64,000 nucleotides of DNA, taken from Tagaea sp. (GTDB lineage Bacteria; Pseudomonadota; Alphaproteobacteria; CACIAM-22H2). A model generated the notes under the pieces. That model was not told the DNA's origin. It saw only the letters and a program-made list of their open reading frames with translations, and did not search any database. Below, one piece after another: positions 17,117 through 26,693 of this stretch. Positions within the stretch are counted from its first letter, which is position 1, and the number at the start of each line of letters is the position of its first letter. The stretch is from NCBI GenBank assembly GCA_965279525.1, contig CBDIIB010000003.1:224001-288000 (forward strand). Direction: 5' to 3'. Both the position numbers and the translations under genes were made by a program.

Positions 17117-17184
17117 CCTTCAGAGTCTCCGCAACTGATCCGTGCCCAGGGATTGAGAATTCACCGTTCGAACTTCTTTTCGGA

Positions 17185-17691
17185 CTAGGCGTGCTTGGGA
17201 ATTGAGATGCGGCCGTCCGCCTTCACTTCCTCCATCACGACATAGGTGCGCGTCTCGCGGATGTGCGGCACCTCGGCCAGCGCCCTGCCGAGAAAGTGAC
17301 GATAGGCCTGCATGTCGCAGACGCGCACCTTCAGCAGATAGTCGAACCCGCCGGCAACCATGTGGCACTCCGCGACCTCGACGAGCGCTTTCACCGCCTG
17401 CGAGAAGCGGTCGAACGCCTCATGCGAGGTGCGGTCGATCGCCACTTCCACGAAGACGACGAGACCGGCATCGAGCGGTACCGGATCGAGTTCGGCCCGG
17501 TAGCCGCGGATCACGCCGTCGCGTTCGAGCCGGCGCACGCGTTCGAGGCAGGGTGTCGGGCTGAGGCCGACACGCCTTGCAAGTTCGACATTCGTCAGGC
17601 GTCCGTCAGACTGGAGTTCGCCAAGGATCTGAAGGTCGATCGGGTCGAGACGCGTGCCGAGCAAGTTGGCCTCCGAATGCAGCGGAAACAA
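17185..17691 (-). CDS. putR: Lrp/AsnC-family regulator (PutR-like), divergent from putA
   Basis: LDPIDLQILGELQSDGRLTNVELARRVGLSPTPCLERVRRLE, ECHMVAGGFDYLLKVRV, TRTYVVMEEVK; start uncertain. Confidence 0.88.
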   Translation of the reverse strand: MFPLHSEANLLGTRLDPIDLQILGELQSDGRLTNVELARRVGLSPTPCLERVRRLERDGVIRGYRAELDPVPLDAGLVVFVEVAIDRTSHEAFDRFSQAVKALVEVAECHMVAGGFDYLLKVRVCDMQAYRHFLGRALAEVPHIRETRTYVVMEEVKADGRISIPKHA

Positions 17692-17785
17692 CTAAAATAT
17701 CATATGAAAATAGCATGTTTCACTATCTTGACCAAAATATAAAGCGCGTTAACCTTGGAAAGTCTCATTCCATAGAGAACTAGTC
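17692..17785. promoter_or_regulatory. AT-rich divergent putR/putA promoter region
   Basis: Strongly AT-rich intergenic stretch between the divergent genes, as expected for Lrp-type binding. Confidence 0.55.
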
Positions 17786-20700
17786 ATGCAAAATCCCGAC
17801 ATTGCCGCATCGATCGGACCCAAACTGGCGGGGGAGGCCGATGTGCTCGAGCGGCTGCACGCGGCAGCGGTGCTGCCCGATGGTCATGCCGCCCGCATCG
17901 ATTCAGACGCGCAGGCGCTGGCCGGCCGGTTACGCGAGCGCGTGCCCGGACAGGTCGGCGTCGAGACATTCCTTGCCGAGTTCGATCTGTCGACCAACGA
18001 AGGCGTGGCACTGATGTGCCTCGCCGAAGCGCTGCTGCGCATCCCGGATTCCGCGACGATCGACGCACTCATCGGCGACAAGCTGGGAACGGCCGACTGG
18101 GACCGGCACCTCGGTCACGCGGACTCGGTGCTCGTGAACGCGTCGGCCTGGGGGCTCGCACTCACCGGCCGTTTCGTCGAATGGACCGGTCGCGAAAGCG
18201 GCGGGGCGGCCGAGCTGGTACGTCGCACGCTGGGCCGGCTTGGTGCGCCCGTCCTGCGCGGTGCCATCGAGGCGGCGATGCGCATCATGGGCCAGCAGTT
18301 CGTGATGGGCCAGACGATCGCGGCCGCTCTCGCCCGCGCGAAGAACGCCGGTCCGGGCTATCGGCATTCGTTCGACATGCTCGGCGAAGCCGCGCGCACG
18401 CAGGAGGATGCCGAGCGCTATTTCGAGAGCTATGCGGCCGCCATCACCGCGATCGCAGGTGCTTGCGCCGGCAAGGATCCGCATGCGAACCCGGGCATTT
18501 CGGTGAAGCTCTCGGCCCTGCACCCGCGCTATGAACCGACGAAGCGCGCCCGCGTGACAGGCGAGCTTGTTCCGCGCGTGGCGGCACTGGCGCGTCAGGC
18601 CGCGCAAGCAGGCATCAATTTCACGATCGACGCGGAGGAATCGGACCGTCTTGTCGTTTCGCTCGAGATCCTCGGCGAACTCGCGCGCGACCGGAGTCTC
18701 GCGGGCTGGGACGGACTGGGACTGGCCGTGCAGGCATACCAGAAGCGGGCATTGGGTACTGTCGGCTGGGTCGCGGAGCTCGCGCGCGCCAACCGGCGCC
18801 GCTTCATGGTGCGTCTGGTAAAGGGCGCCTATTGGGACAGCGAGATCAAATGGGCGCAGGAAAAGGGCCTCTCGGACTATCCGGTTTTCGTGCGCAAGGC
18901 CGCGACGGACCTTTCCTACCGTGCGTGTGCGGCAACGATGCTGCGTGCGCAGGACGCGATCTACGGCCAGTTCGCCACGCACAATCCGCGCTCGGCGCTC
19001 GAGATCCTCGCGATGGCCGGCAACCGCACCGATTTCGAGTTCCAGAAGCTGCACGGCATGGGCGACGGGCTCTACGACCTGCTCGCCGAACGGCTCGGCG
19101 AACGCTTCGCCGTGCGCGTCTATGCGCCCGTCGGCGCACACCGCGACCTGTTGCCCTATCTGGTCCGCCGCCTGCTCGAAAACGGGGCCAACACCTCGTT
19201 CATCCACCAGGTCGCCGACCGCGAGATCCCGCTCGCGCGCATCGTCGCCGACCCGGCTGCGGCCCTTGCCGCCGCCACGCCCTCGGTCCGTCCGCCCACG
19301 GCCCTCTTCGCCGACAGGGTGAACGCGCGCGGGCTCGACCTTGCCGACGATGCCTTGCGCGCACGCCTCGTGGCGCGCATCGCCGCCGACAGGGACGCCG
19401 CCGGTACCGGCGGCGTTCGCGAACCTGCCGATCCGCGCCGATCCGTCGGCGAATGCAGGAGCATGAACCAGGCCGAAGTCGCCGCCACCGTGGGCACGGC
19501 TGCGCGCGCCTTCGTCGACTGGCGCCGGATGCCGGTCGCAGAGCGTGCCTCGATCCTCGAACGTGCGGCTGGGCTTTTCGAGGCGAACGACCACGAGCTC
19601 ATGTCGCTGGTCGTTCGCGAGGGTGGGCGCACGATCCCCGACGCGCTTTCCGAACTGCGCGAGGCTGTCGACTTCCTGCGCTATTATGCGGGCCGCGCAC
19701 GGCTCGATTGCGGACCGGTCCAGCTGCCGGGACCGACCGGCGAGCGCAATACCTTGGCACTGGAAGGGCGCGGCGTGTTCGCTTGCGTCAGCCCGTGGAA
19801 CTTCCCGCTCGCCATCTTCGTCGGCCAGATCGCGGCCGCACTTGCCGCCGGCAACGCCGTCGTCGCCAAGCCCGCCGAGCAGACGCCGCTGACCGCCGCA
19901 CGCGCGGTGGCATTGCTGCACGCCGCCGGCGTGCCGGCCGATGTCCTGCAACTCGTCTTCGGCGGGCGCGAGACCGGTGCCACACTCGTCGGCGATCCGC
20001 GCATCGCCGGCGTGGCCTTCACCGGCTCGACCGCGACGGCCAAGTCGATCCAGCGCGCCCTCGCCGCGAAGGACGGCCCGATCGTCCCGCTGATCGCCGA
20101 GACCGGCGGCGTCAATGCCATGATTGCGGACAGTTCGGCGCTGACCGAGCAGCTTGTCAACGACGCGATCGTGTCGGCCTTCCAGAGTGCCGGTCAACGC
20201 TGCTCCGCCCTGCGCGTGCTTTTCGTGCAGGAAGACGCCGCCGACCGTACGATCGCGATGCTGCGCGGTGCCATGGCCGAACTCCAGATCGGCGATCCGG
20301 CAGACCCCGCGACCGATGTGGGTCCCGTGATCGACGCGGCGGCCAAGCGGATGCTCGAAGCCTATATCGACGAGAACCGTGCGCATGTCGTGGCGCGCGC
20401 GGCGCTGCCGGCAGGTCTCGGCGGCGGACATTTCGTGGCGCCGGTGGCGCTCGAGGTCCAGATGAATGCAGCACCCATGCACGAGATCTTCGGCCCGGTG
20501 CTCCACGTCGTGCGCTGGAAAGCGGACGCGCTCGACGACGTGCTCGCGCGCGTCGCCGCGACCGGCTATGGCCTAACGCTTGGTATTCACAGCCGCATCG
20601 ACGGGTTCCAGCGCCGCATCGCGGCCGCGCTGCCGGTCGGGAACGTCTACGTGAACCGCTCGACCATCGGGGCCGTTGTCGGCGTGCAACCCTTCGGCGG

Positions 20701-20839
20701 ACAAGGGCTGTCCGGGACCGGGCCGAAGGCAGGCGGTCCGTTCTATCTGCCGCGCTTCGCCGCCGAGAAGACAGTGTCGGTCAACACAGCCGCCGTCGGC
20801 GGCGACGTGGCGCTGATGGCGAGCGGCCGCACGTCCTAG
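17786..20839 (+). CDS. putA: Bifunctional proline dehydrogenase / P5C dehydrogenase PutA (no RHH DNA-binding domain)
   Basis: EGVALMCLAEALLRIPD, SFDMLGEAA, ISVKLSALHPRY, RLVKGAYWDSEIK, FATHN, YLVRRLLENGANTSF, SAGQRCSALR, GTGPKAGGP. Confidence 0.98.
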   Translation: MQNPDIAASIGPKLAGEADVLERLHAAAVLPDGHAARIDSDAQALAGRLRERVPGQVGVETFLAEFDLSTNEGVALMCLAEALLRIPDSATIDALIGDKLGTADWDRHLGHADSVLVNASAWGLALTGRFVEWTGRESGGAAELVRRTLGRLGAPVLRGAIEAAMRIMGQQFVMGQTIAAALARAKNAGPGYRHSFDMLGEAARTQEDAERYFESYAAAITAIAGACAGKDPHANPGISVKLSALHPRYEPTKRARVTGELVPRVAALARQAAQAGINFTIDAEESDRLVVSLEILGELARDRSLAGWDGLGLAVQAYQKRALGTVGWVAELARANRRRFMVRLVKGAYWDSEIKWAQEKGLSDYPVFVRKAATDLSYRACAATMLRAQDAIYGQFATHNPRSALEILAMAGNRTDFEFQKLHGMGDGLYDLLAERLGERFAVRVYAPVGAHRDLLPYLVRRLLENGANTSFIHQVADREIPLARIVADPAAALAAATPSVRPPTALFADRVNARGLDLADDALRARLVARIAADRDAAGTGGVREPADPRRSVGECRSMNQAEVAATVGTAARAFVDWRRMPVAERASILERAAGLFEANDHELMSLVVREGGRTIPDALSELREAVDFLRYYAGRARLDCGPVQLPGPTGERNTLALEGRGVFACVSPWNFPLAIFVGQIAAALAAGNAVVAKPAEQTPLTAARAVALLHAAGVPADVLQLVFGGRETGATLVGDPRIAGVAFTGSTATAKSIQRALAAKDGPIVPLIAETGGVNAMIADSSALTEQLVNDAIVSAFQSAGQRCSALRVLFVQEDAADRTIAMLRGAMAELQIGDPADPATDVGPVIDAAAKRMLEAYIDENRAHVVARAALPAGLGGGHFVAPVALEVQMNAAPMHEIFGPVLHVVRWKADALDDVLARVAATGYGLTLGIHSRIDGFQRRIAAALPVGNVYVNRSTIGAVVGVQPFGGQGLSGTGPKAGGPFYLPRFAAEKTVSVNTAAVGGDVALMASGRTS

Positions 20840-20922
20840 TCGGCGAGTTCGACCGGTTGGCTGTCCTGCGCTAGTCTGGGGCAGAATCGAAACGGGTCGA
20901 TCGAGGATTGGAAAAGTCTGAA

Positions 20923-21768
20923 ATGGCGTCGCAGGAACGTTTCTTTCTGGCCGGTGTGATGGGTTGGCCGGTGATGCACTCGCGCTCTCCCTTGCTGCAT
21001 GGGTATTGGCTCCGGAAGCACGGCTTTGCGGGTGCCTATGTACCGCTGGAGATCCCGATCGACGGGCTCTCCGCGGCCTTGCGTGCGCTTCCTGCCCTCG
21101 GTTTTTCAGGATGCAACCTGACGATCCCGCACAAGGTCGAGGCGTTGAAGATCCTCGATCGCGTCGACCCGCTGGCACGCCGGATCGGTGCCGCGAACTG
21201 CATCGTCGTCGGCCCCGACGGCTCGCTTGGCGGGTTCAACTACGACGGCTGGGGGTATGTCGAAAATCTCGTCGAGCGCGTTCCGGACTGGCGCGCGGAT
21301 GCCGGTCCAATCGTGGTCGTCGGGGCGGGTGGCGGGGCGCGAGCGATCATCGTCAGCCTGCTCGACCGGGGGGCACGCGACATCCGTCTCGTGAACCGGA
21401 CGCCGGATCGTGCAACGACGCTTGCAGCGCAGGTCGGCGGTCCGATCGTGGCCGTCGGCTGGGACGACCGCGGCCGCGCGCTCGATGGTGCGGCGATGGT
21501 CGTCAACACGACGAGCCAGGGAATGGTCGGCCAGCCGGCTCTCGACCTGCCGCTTGAAGCGCTTCCGAAAACGGCGCTCGTGTCCGACATCGTCTATACG
21601 CCGCTCGACACGCCGCTGCTGTTAGCCGCGCGCAAGCGCGGCAATCCGACCGTCGACGGTCTCGGCATGCTGCTGCATCAGGCGCGGCCGGCCTTCAAGG
21701 CGTGGTTCGGCGTCCTGCCCGAGGTGACGCCGGAACTACGCCAGTCGATCGAGGCGACGTTGAAGTAA
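20923..21768 (+). CDS. aroE: Shikimate dehydrogenase family protein
   Basis: GWPVMHSRSPLLH, NLTIPHK, GAGGGARA, NRT, DIVYTP, DGLGMLLHQA. Confidence 0.9.
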   Translation: MASQERFFLAGVMGWPVMHSRSPLLHGYWLRKHGFAGAYVPLEIPIDGLSAALRALPALGFSGCNLTIPHKVEALKILDRVDPLARRIGAANCIVVGPDGSLGGFNYDGWGYVENLVERVPDWRADAGPIVVVGAGGGARAIIVSLLDRGARDIRLVNRTPDRATTLAAQVGGPIVAVGWDDRGRALDGAAMVVNTTSQGMVGQPALDLPLEALPKTALVSDIVYTPLDTPLLLAARKRGNPTVDGLGMLLHQARPAFKAWFGVLPEVTPELRQSIEATLK

Positions 21769-21793
21769 GCGCGGCTGTGACGGCCGGCCGGGC

Positions 21794-22684
21794 TCAGAGC
21801 GTGCGGCTGAGTTCGCCGTATATTTCCGGACGGCGCTTGCGCAACTGGAACCAGGGGTTGGTCCGTGTCCGTTCGAACAGGACAGGATCGAGGTCGGCGA
21901 CGATCATCTGGTCCGAAATCGATGGCGTGGTGACCGCTTTCGGCAATCCGTCAGGGCCGAGCACATAGGCGCCGCCCACGTGGGTCGAGTGGCCGTCGAA
22001 GCCGACATGGTCGGAAAGGACGGCATAGACGCAGTTGGTGCGCGCCTGCACATCGTGGAATTTCATGCTCGGGAACGCCAGCAATTCCCGCTGTGCTGCC
22101 AGCACGGCAACTTCCGGCCTGTCGGCACCGGCGCCGTCGAAGGTCAGGGTTCCATCGGGCGCATTCATCTTTCGGATCGCGTGGGGCAGCAGGATGATTT
22201 CGGCGCCCATCAGCGCCAGGATGCGCCAGCTCTCGAAGAAGTCGCTGTCGTGGCAGATGGCCGTCGCGACCTTGGCGAAGCCGAGATCGAAGACCGACCA
22301 TTCATATGCCTGCCGGAAGACGAAGAACTCGTCGTACGACGCGTGTGTCTTGCGCTGGAGGCCGACAAGTCCGCCGGGGCCGACTAGCGCCTGCGTGTTG
22401 TAGTGCGTGCCGCGGTGCAGTTCGGCAAATCCGTACGAGACGAACACGCCACGCTCCGCGGCGCGCTTCGCGATGGTCGCGTAGATCGGGCCGTCGGCTG
22501 CTTGCGCGTCGCGCACGACCTCGGGACTGCCGTTATGTCCGGTGGCGGAAAGTTCGGGGAATACGACGAGGTCGGCACCCCTGGCTTTCGCTTCGTCGAT
22601 CAGGTCGAGATGGCGGGCGACATTCTCGGCCGTGGCCAGGTGACGGATATTCACTTGGACGGCGGCGATACGGGCGGCTTTCAT
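21794..22684 (-). CDS. Carbon-nitrogen hydrolase (nitrilase superfamily)
   Basis: Catalytic triad motifs VFPEL, QRKTH, AICHD; start MKAARIAAVQ at 22684. Confidence 0.9.
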   Translation of the reverse strand: MKAARIAAVQVNIRHLATAENVARHLDLIDEAKARGADLVVFPELSATGHNGSPEVVRDAQAADGPIYATIAKRAAERGVFVSYGFAELHRGTHYNTQALVGPGGLVGLQRKTHASYDEFFVFRQAYEWSVFDLGFAKVATAICHDSDFFESWRILALMGAEIILLPHAIRKMNAPDGTLTFDGAGADRPEVAVLAAQRELLAFPSMKFHDVQARTNCVYAVLSDHVGFDGHSTHVGGAYVLGPDGLPKAVTTPSISDQMIVADLDPVLFERTRTNPWFQLRKRRPEIYGELSRTL

Positions 22685-22718
22685 CGGATTTTTCCTCCGG
22701 TCGCCCGCCGTTCTATCG

Positions 22719-23477
22719 TCAGACCCACCCGCCGTCGACGATATAGTGTTGGTTGGTGCAGGCCGAAGCCTCGTCGGATGCCAGGAACAGGGTGAAGCGC
22801 GCAAGTTCATCCGGCTGGAGCCGCCGCTTGAGGCACTGGCGCGACATGAGTTCGGCTTCGGATGCCGGCGTCAGCCATTTCTCGATCTGGCGCTCGGTCA
22901 TGATCCAGCCGGGCGCGATCGCGTTGACGCGGATATTGAACGGGCCGTAGTCGCGGGCGAGCGAACGCGTCAACCCGAGGACTGCCGATTTCGACGCGGT
23001 GTAGACGGCCATGCCGCCCTGGCCGACCATCCAGGACGTCGATCCGAAATTGACGATCGAGCCGCCGCCGTTCGCCTTCATGTCGCCAAGTACGGCCTGT
23101 GCCGCGAAAAACTGGTGCTTCAGGTTGACCGCGATGCGCTCGTCCCAGTATTCCGGTGTGACGGTTTCGGTCGCGTGGCGCTCGTCGTGCGCGGCATTGT
23201 TGATGAGGATCGAGACCGGTCCCAGCGTGCTGCGGATTTCCGCGATGGCTTCGCGCAGGGCCGCGGTGTCGGTCAGGTCGACATCGCGAAAATGCGCGGC
23301 CTGGCCGGCCGACATGAGTTCCCCGGCGAGTGCGGCGCCTTTTTCCTTCTTGATGTCGAAGAAGGCGACAGTCGATTTCTGGCCGGCGAACCGGCGGACG
23401 ATCGACTCGCCGATGCCCGAAGCCCCGCCCGTGACGAGCACGACCTTGCCGGCCAGATCGGGATATGTGGCAGCCAT
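22719..23477 (-). CDS. SDR aldose 1-dehydrogenase, similar to Caulobacter XylB xylose dehydrogenase
   Basis: YPDLAGKVVLVTGGASGIG, NNAAHDERH, YWDERIAVNLKH, YTASKSA, QCLKRRL: recalled pattern of the xylose/galactose dehydrogenase SDR subgroup. Confidence 0.85.
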   Translation of the reverse strand: MAATYPDLAGKVVLVTGGASGIGESIVRRFAGQKSTVAFFDIKKEKGAALAGELMSAGQAAHFRDVDLTDTAALREAIAEIRSTLGPVSILINNAAHDERHATETVTPEYWDERIAVNLKHQFFAAQAVLGDMKANGGGSIVNFGSTSWMVGQGGMAVYTASKSAVLGLTRSLARDYGPFNIRVNAIAPGWIMTERQIEKWLTPASEAELMSRQCLKRRLQPDELARFTLFLASDEASACTNQHYIVDGGWV

Positions 23478-23490
23478 CTTGCTCCCCCTC

Positions 23491-23549
23491 CGCACCTCGA
23501 AAACGCAGTTGAAGGGTATATCTCAATAATTGAGTTGCGCACCTCGAAA
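23491..23549. promoter_or_regulatory. Putative LacI-family operator(s) in divergent promoter
   Basis: Quasi-palindrome TGAGTTGCGCACCTCG (23531-23546); 12-bp direct repeat CGCACCTCGAAA at 23491 and 23538. Confidence 0.55.
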
Positions 23550-23608
23550 TTTCTCGGCAATGTTCCCGCCACGTCCGGCCATCGAATGCCGGCAATGGGG
23601 AGGATCGC

Positions 23609-24868
23609 ATGAACGCTTTCAATCGGTCGCTGATCGCCGCAGGTGCGCTGATGCTGTCGACCGGCAGCACGATGGCCCAGACGACGGTCAAATGGCTCCA
23701 TCTCGAGGTCAATCCGGCCCAGATCAAGATCTGGGAAGAGGTCGCGCGCGAGTTCGAGGCGAAGAATCCCGGCACCAAAGTCGAGATGCAGTTCCTCGAG
23801 AACGAATCCTACAAGGCGAAGCTGCCGACGCTGCTGCAGTCGAACGACCGCCCGCACATCATCTATTCGTGGGCCGGCGGCGTGCTGAAGGCCCAGGTCG
23901 AGGCGGGTGTCCTGCAGGACATCAGCGCGCAGATCGGCGATGTCCGCGACACGATCTCGCCCGCCGCACTCGCCGCCTTCACGCGTGATGGCAAGACCTA
24001 TGGCCTGCCGCACGCGCAGTCGCAGGTCGGCTTCCTCTACAACAAGGAACTGATGGCCAAGGGTGGCGTCGACGGGTCGACGATCAAGACCTGGGACGAC
24101 CTGCTCGGCGCGGTACGCAAGCTCAAGGCCGCCGGCGTCACGCCGATCACGGTCGGCGGCGGCGACAAGTGGCCGCTGCATTTCTACTGGACGAATCTCG
24201 CCGTGCGCATCGGCGGCAAGGCGGCGTTCGATGCGGCATTGCAGGGCAAGGACGGCGGCTTCGAGGGCGAGACCTTCCAGAAGGCCGGCGACTACATGAA
24301 GCAGCTCGTCGACCTGCAGCCGTTCCAGAACGGCTTCCTCGGCTTCAAGAACCCGCAATCGACGGGCTTCTTCGGCGACGGGAAGGCTGCGATGTCGCTG
24401 GTGATCAGCACCGTCTACCACCAGCAGAAGGCGCTGGCGGCCGACAAGGTCGGTATCCCTGACGACAAGCTCGGCTGGTTCGACTTCCCGACCGTCCCGG
24501 GCGGCAAGGGTGCGGCGAGCGACACGCTGGGCGGCATCAATGGCTGGCTGCTCACGCGCGGCGCACCCAAGGCAGCACTCGACTTCGTGAAGCACTTCGT
24601 CTCGAAGGATGTCCAGATGCGTCTGGCCGGCGCGAACTTCCTGATCCCCGTCGTCAAGGGGGCCGATGCCGGCATCAACAACGCCTTCATGCGCAACATC
24701 GCGCAGAACCTGGCGCGCTCGGGCTACCACCAGAACTTCTACGACCAGGATCTCGGGCCGTCGGTCGGCCGCGTCGTCAACGACGCGACCGCCGAGCTTG
24801 CCGGCGGCAGCATGACGCCGCGCCAGGTGGCCAAGGCCGTGCAGGACGCCTGGAAGCAGGGGAACTGA
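23609..24868 (+). CDS. Carbohydrate ABC transporter substrate-binding protein (CUT1)
   Basis: Signal peptide, FEAKNPG, YKAKLPTLLQS, YNKEL, TWDDLL motifs. Confidence 0.93.
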   Translation: MNAFNRSLIAAGALMLSTGSTMAQTTVKWLHLEVNPAQIKIWEEVAREFEAKNPGTKVEMQFLENESYKAKLPTLLQSNDRPHIIYSWAGGVLKAQVEAGVLQDISAQIGDVRDTISPAALAAFTRDGKTYGLPHAQSQVGFLYNKELMAKGGVDGSTIKTWDDLLGAVRKLKAAGVTPITVGGGDKWPLHFYWTNLAVRIGGKAAFDAALQGKDGGFEGETFQKAGDYMKQLVDLQPFQNGFLGFKNPQSTGFFGDGKAAMSLVISTVYHQQKALAADKVGIPDDKLGWFDFPTVPGGKGAASDTLGGINGWLLTRGAPKAALDFVKHFVSKDVQMRLAGANFLIPVVKGADAGINNAFMRNIAQNLARSGYHQNFYDQDLGPSVGRVVNDATAELAGGSMTPRQVAKAVQDAWKQGN

Positions 24869-24881
24869 GAACGATGTCGAA

Positions 24882-24918
24882 CGCGGGGAGGGGTACGATC
24901 CGACGGCTCCTCCCCGCG
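24882..24918 (+). terminator. GC hairpin after SBP gene
   Basis: CGCGGGGAGG (24882-24891) / CCTCCCCGCG (24909-24918). Confidence 0.5.
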
Positions 24919-24938
24919 GCCGACGGATTTCGCCGGCA

Positions 24939-25829
24939 ATGCTAGCTTCGGCCGCCCGCCGCCAGACGGGCTCGGGACAGATGACCGCGATCATCCTGTT
25001 CCTGCCGCCGGCCTTGATGCTCTTCACGCTTTTCGTCGTCCTGCCGATCGTCGAGGCGGCCTGGTACGGCAACTACAACTGGAACGGCTTCGGCACGCCG
25101 ACCAACTGGGTCGGCTTCGACAACTACTTCTTCGTCTTCGAGACGCGCGCCTTCGGCCTCGCGCTGCGCAACAACCTGCTGATCATCGTCGTCTCGCTGC
25201 TGATCCAGCTGCCGCTGGCACTGGCACTTGCCCTGATGCTGGCCGAGAAGTTCCGCGGCGCCGTTTTCCTGCGCATGCTGTTCTTCCTGCCCTATGTCCT
25301 CGCGGAGGTCGCGACGGGCCTGATTTTCAGCTTCGTCTATGACGGCGACTACGGGCTGCTGGCCTCGATCTACCGGCTGTTCGGCGCCGAAGCGCCGCAT
25401 CTGCTGGCGAGCACGCAGACCTCGATGCTGGCGATCCTGATCGTCATCGTGTGGAAGTATTTCGGCTTCCACATGATGCTCTTCATCGCGGCCCTGCAGG
25501 GCCAAGACCGCAATCTGGTCGAGGCCGCGCGCATCGACGGCGCTTCGCGCTGGCAGGTGCTGCGGTTCATCTCGATCCCGCTGCTCTACCCCACGATCCG
25601 CCTGTCGGTCTTCTTCGCGGTCGTCGGCTCGCTGCAGCTTTTCGATCTCGTCATGCCGCTGACGCGCGGCGGACCGGCGGACTCCTCGCAGACGATGGTG
25701 AGCTTCCTCTATTCGCACGGCGTCACGCGCATGCGCATCGGCTACGGCAGCGCCATCGGCGTGATCCTGTTCGTGATCTGCGCCACCTTCGCCGTCACCT
25801 ACAAGCGATGGTTCATGCGCGATGAGTGA
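24939..25829 (+). CDS. Carbohydrate ABC permease
   Basis: VGFDNY, EAARIDGA (EAA loop), TM pattern. Confidence 0.93.
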   Translation: MLASAARRQTGSGQMTAIILFLPPALMLFTLFVVLPIVEAAWYGNYNWNGFGTPTNWVGFDNYFFVFETRAFGLALRNNLLIIVVSLLIQLPLALALALMLAEKFRGAVFLRMLFFLPYVLAEVATGLIFSFVYDGDYGLLASIYRLFGAEAPHLLASTQTSMLAILIVIVWKYFGFHMMLFIAALQGQDRNLVEAARIDGASRWQVLRFISIPLLYPTIRLSVFFAVVGSLQLFDLVMPLTRGGPADSSQTMVSFLYSHGVTRMRIGYGSAIGVILFVICATFAVTYKRWFMRDE

Positions 25830-26670
25830 CGCCGCATCCGCCCGCCGGCCGGCCGATCTCGCGGTCCTTTACCGCTGGCTGTTCCTGACCTTCGTGGCGG
25901 GGTTCGTGGCCGTGCCGCTGCTCGCCACCGTGCTGGGCGGCTTCAAGTCGCTGGGTGAACTGCGCACCAACCCGTTCGGGTGGCCGAACGAGTGGGAATG
26001 GCAGAATTACGGCGACATCCTGATGTCGCGCCGCTACTGGCAGATGCTGGGCAACTCCTTCGCGATCTCGACGATGACATCCGTGCTGGCGCTGATCGTC
26101 GCGTCGATGGCGGCGTTCGTCTTCGCGCATCTGCGCTTCTTCGGCAGCACGATGCTGCTCAACTATTTCACGATGGGGCTGCTGTTCCCGGCCGCGACCG
26201 CGATCCTGCCGCTATTCATCAAGGTGCGGGACTTGGGCCTGCTCGACACCTATTTCGGCGTGGTGCTGCCGCAGGTCGCCTTCGCGCTGGCGATGAGCAT
26301 CCTTCTGTTCCGCCGCTTCTTCAAGGACCTGCCCACCGAGTTGCTGGAGGCGGCCCTCGTCGACGGCTGCACCTATCCCAAGTTCTTCCGTTTCGTGACC
26401 CTGCCGCTGTCGCGCCCGATCCTGGCGACGGTGGGCACGATCACGTTCGTGCACAGCTGGAACGCCTATCTGGTCCCGCTCGTGATGCTCAACAGCGACG
26501 CGATGTATCCCTGGCCGCTGGGCATCATGGTCTACCAGGGCGAATACACCTCGGACTGGCACCTGATCCTCGCGTTCATCACGCTGACGATCCTGCCGAC
26601 ATTCCTGCTTTTCCTGCTGGCGCAGAAACACATCATCGCCGGCCTCACGGCCGGTGCGGTAAAAGGCTGA
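25822..26670 (+). CDS. Carbohydrate ABC permease
   Basis: EAALVDG, WNAYL, GLTAGAVKG C-terminus. Confidence 0.93.
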   Translation: MSDAASARRPADLAVLYRWLFLTFVAGFVAVPLLATVLGGFKSLGELRTNPFGWPNEWEWQNYGDILMSRRYWQMLGNSFAISTMTSVLALIVASMAAFVFAHLRFFGSTMLLNYFTMGLLFPAATAILPLFIKVRDLGLLDTYFGVVLPQVAFALAMSILLFRRFFKDLPTELLEAALVDGCTYPKFFRFVTLPLSRPILATVGTITFVHSWNAYLVPLVMLNSDAMYPWPLGIMVYQGEYTSDWHLILAFITLTILPTFLLFLLAQKHIIAGLTAGAVKG

Positions 26671-26693
26671 ACGGACAACGACGGAGCTGGAAC

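Noticed and set aside
17185-20839. PutA lacking a DNA-binding domain as a novelty
   Set aside because: A minimal bifunctional PutA activated by a divergent Lrp-type PutR is well known in alphaproteobacteria.
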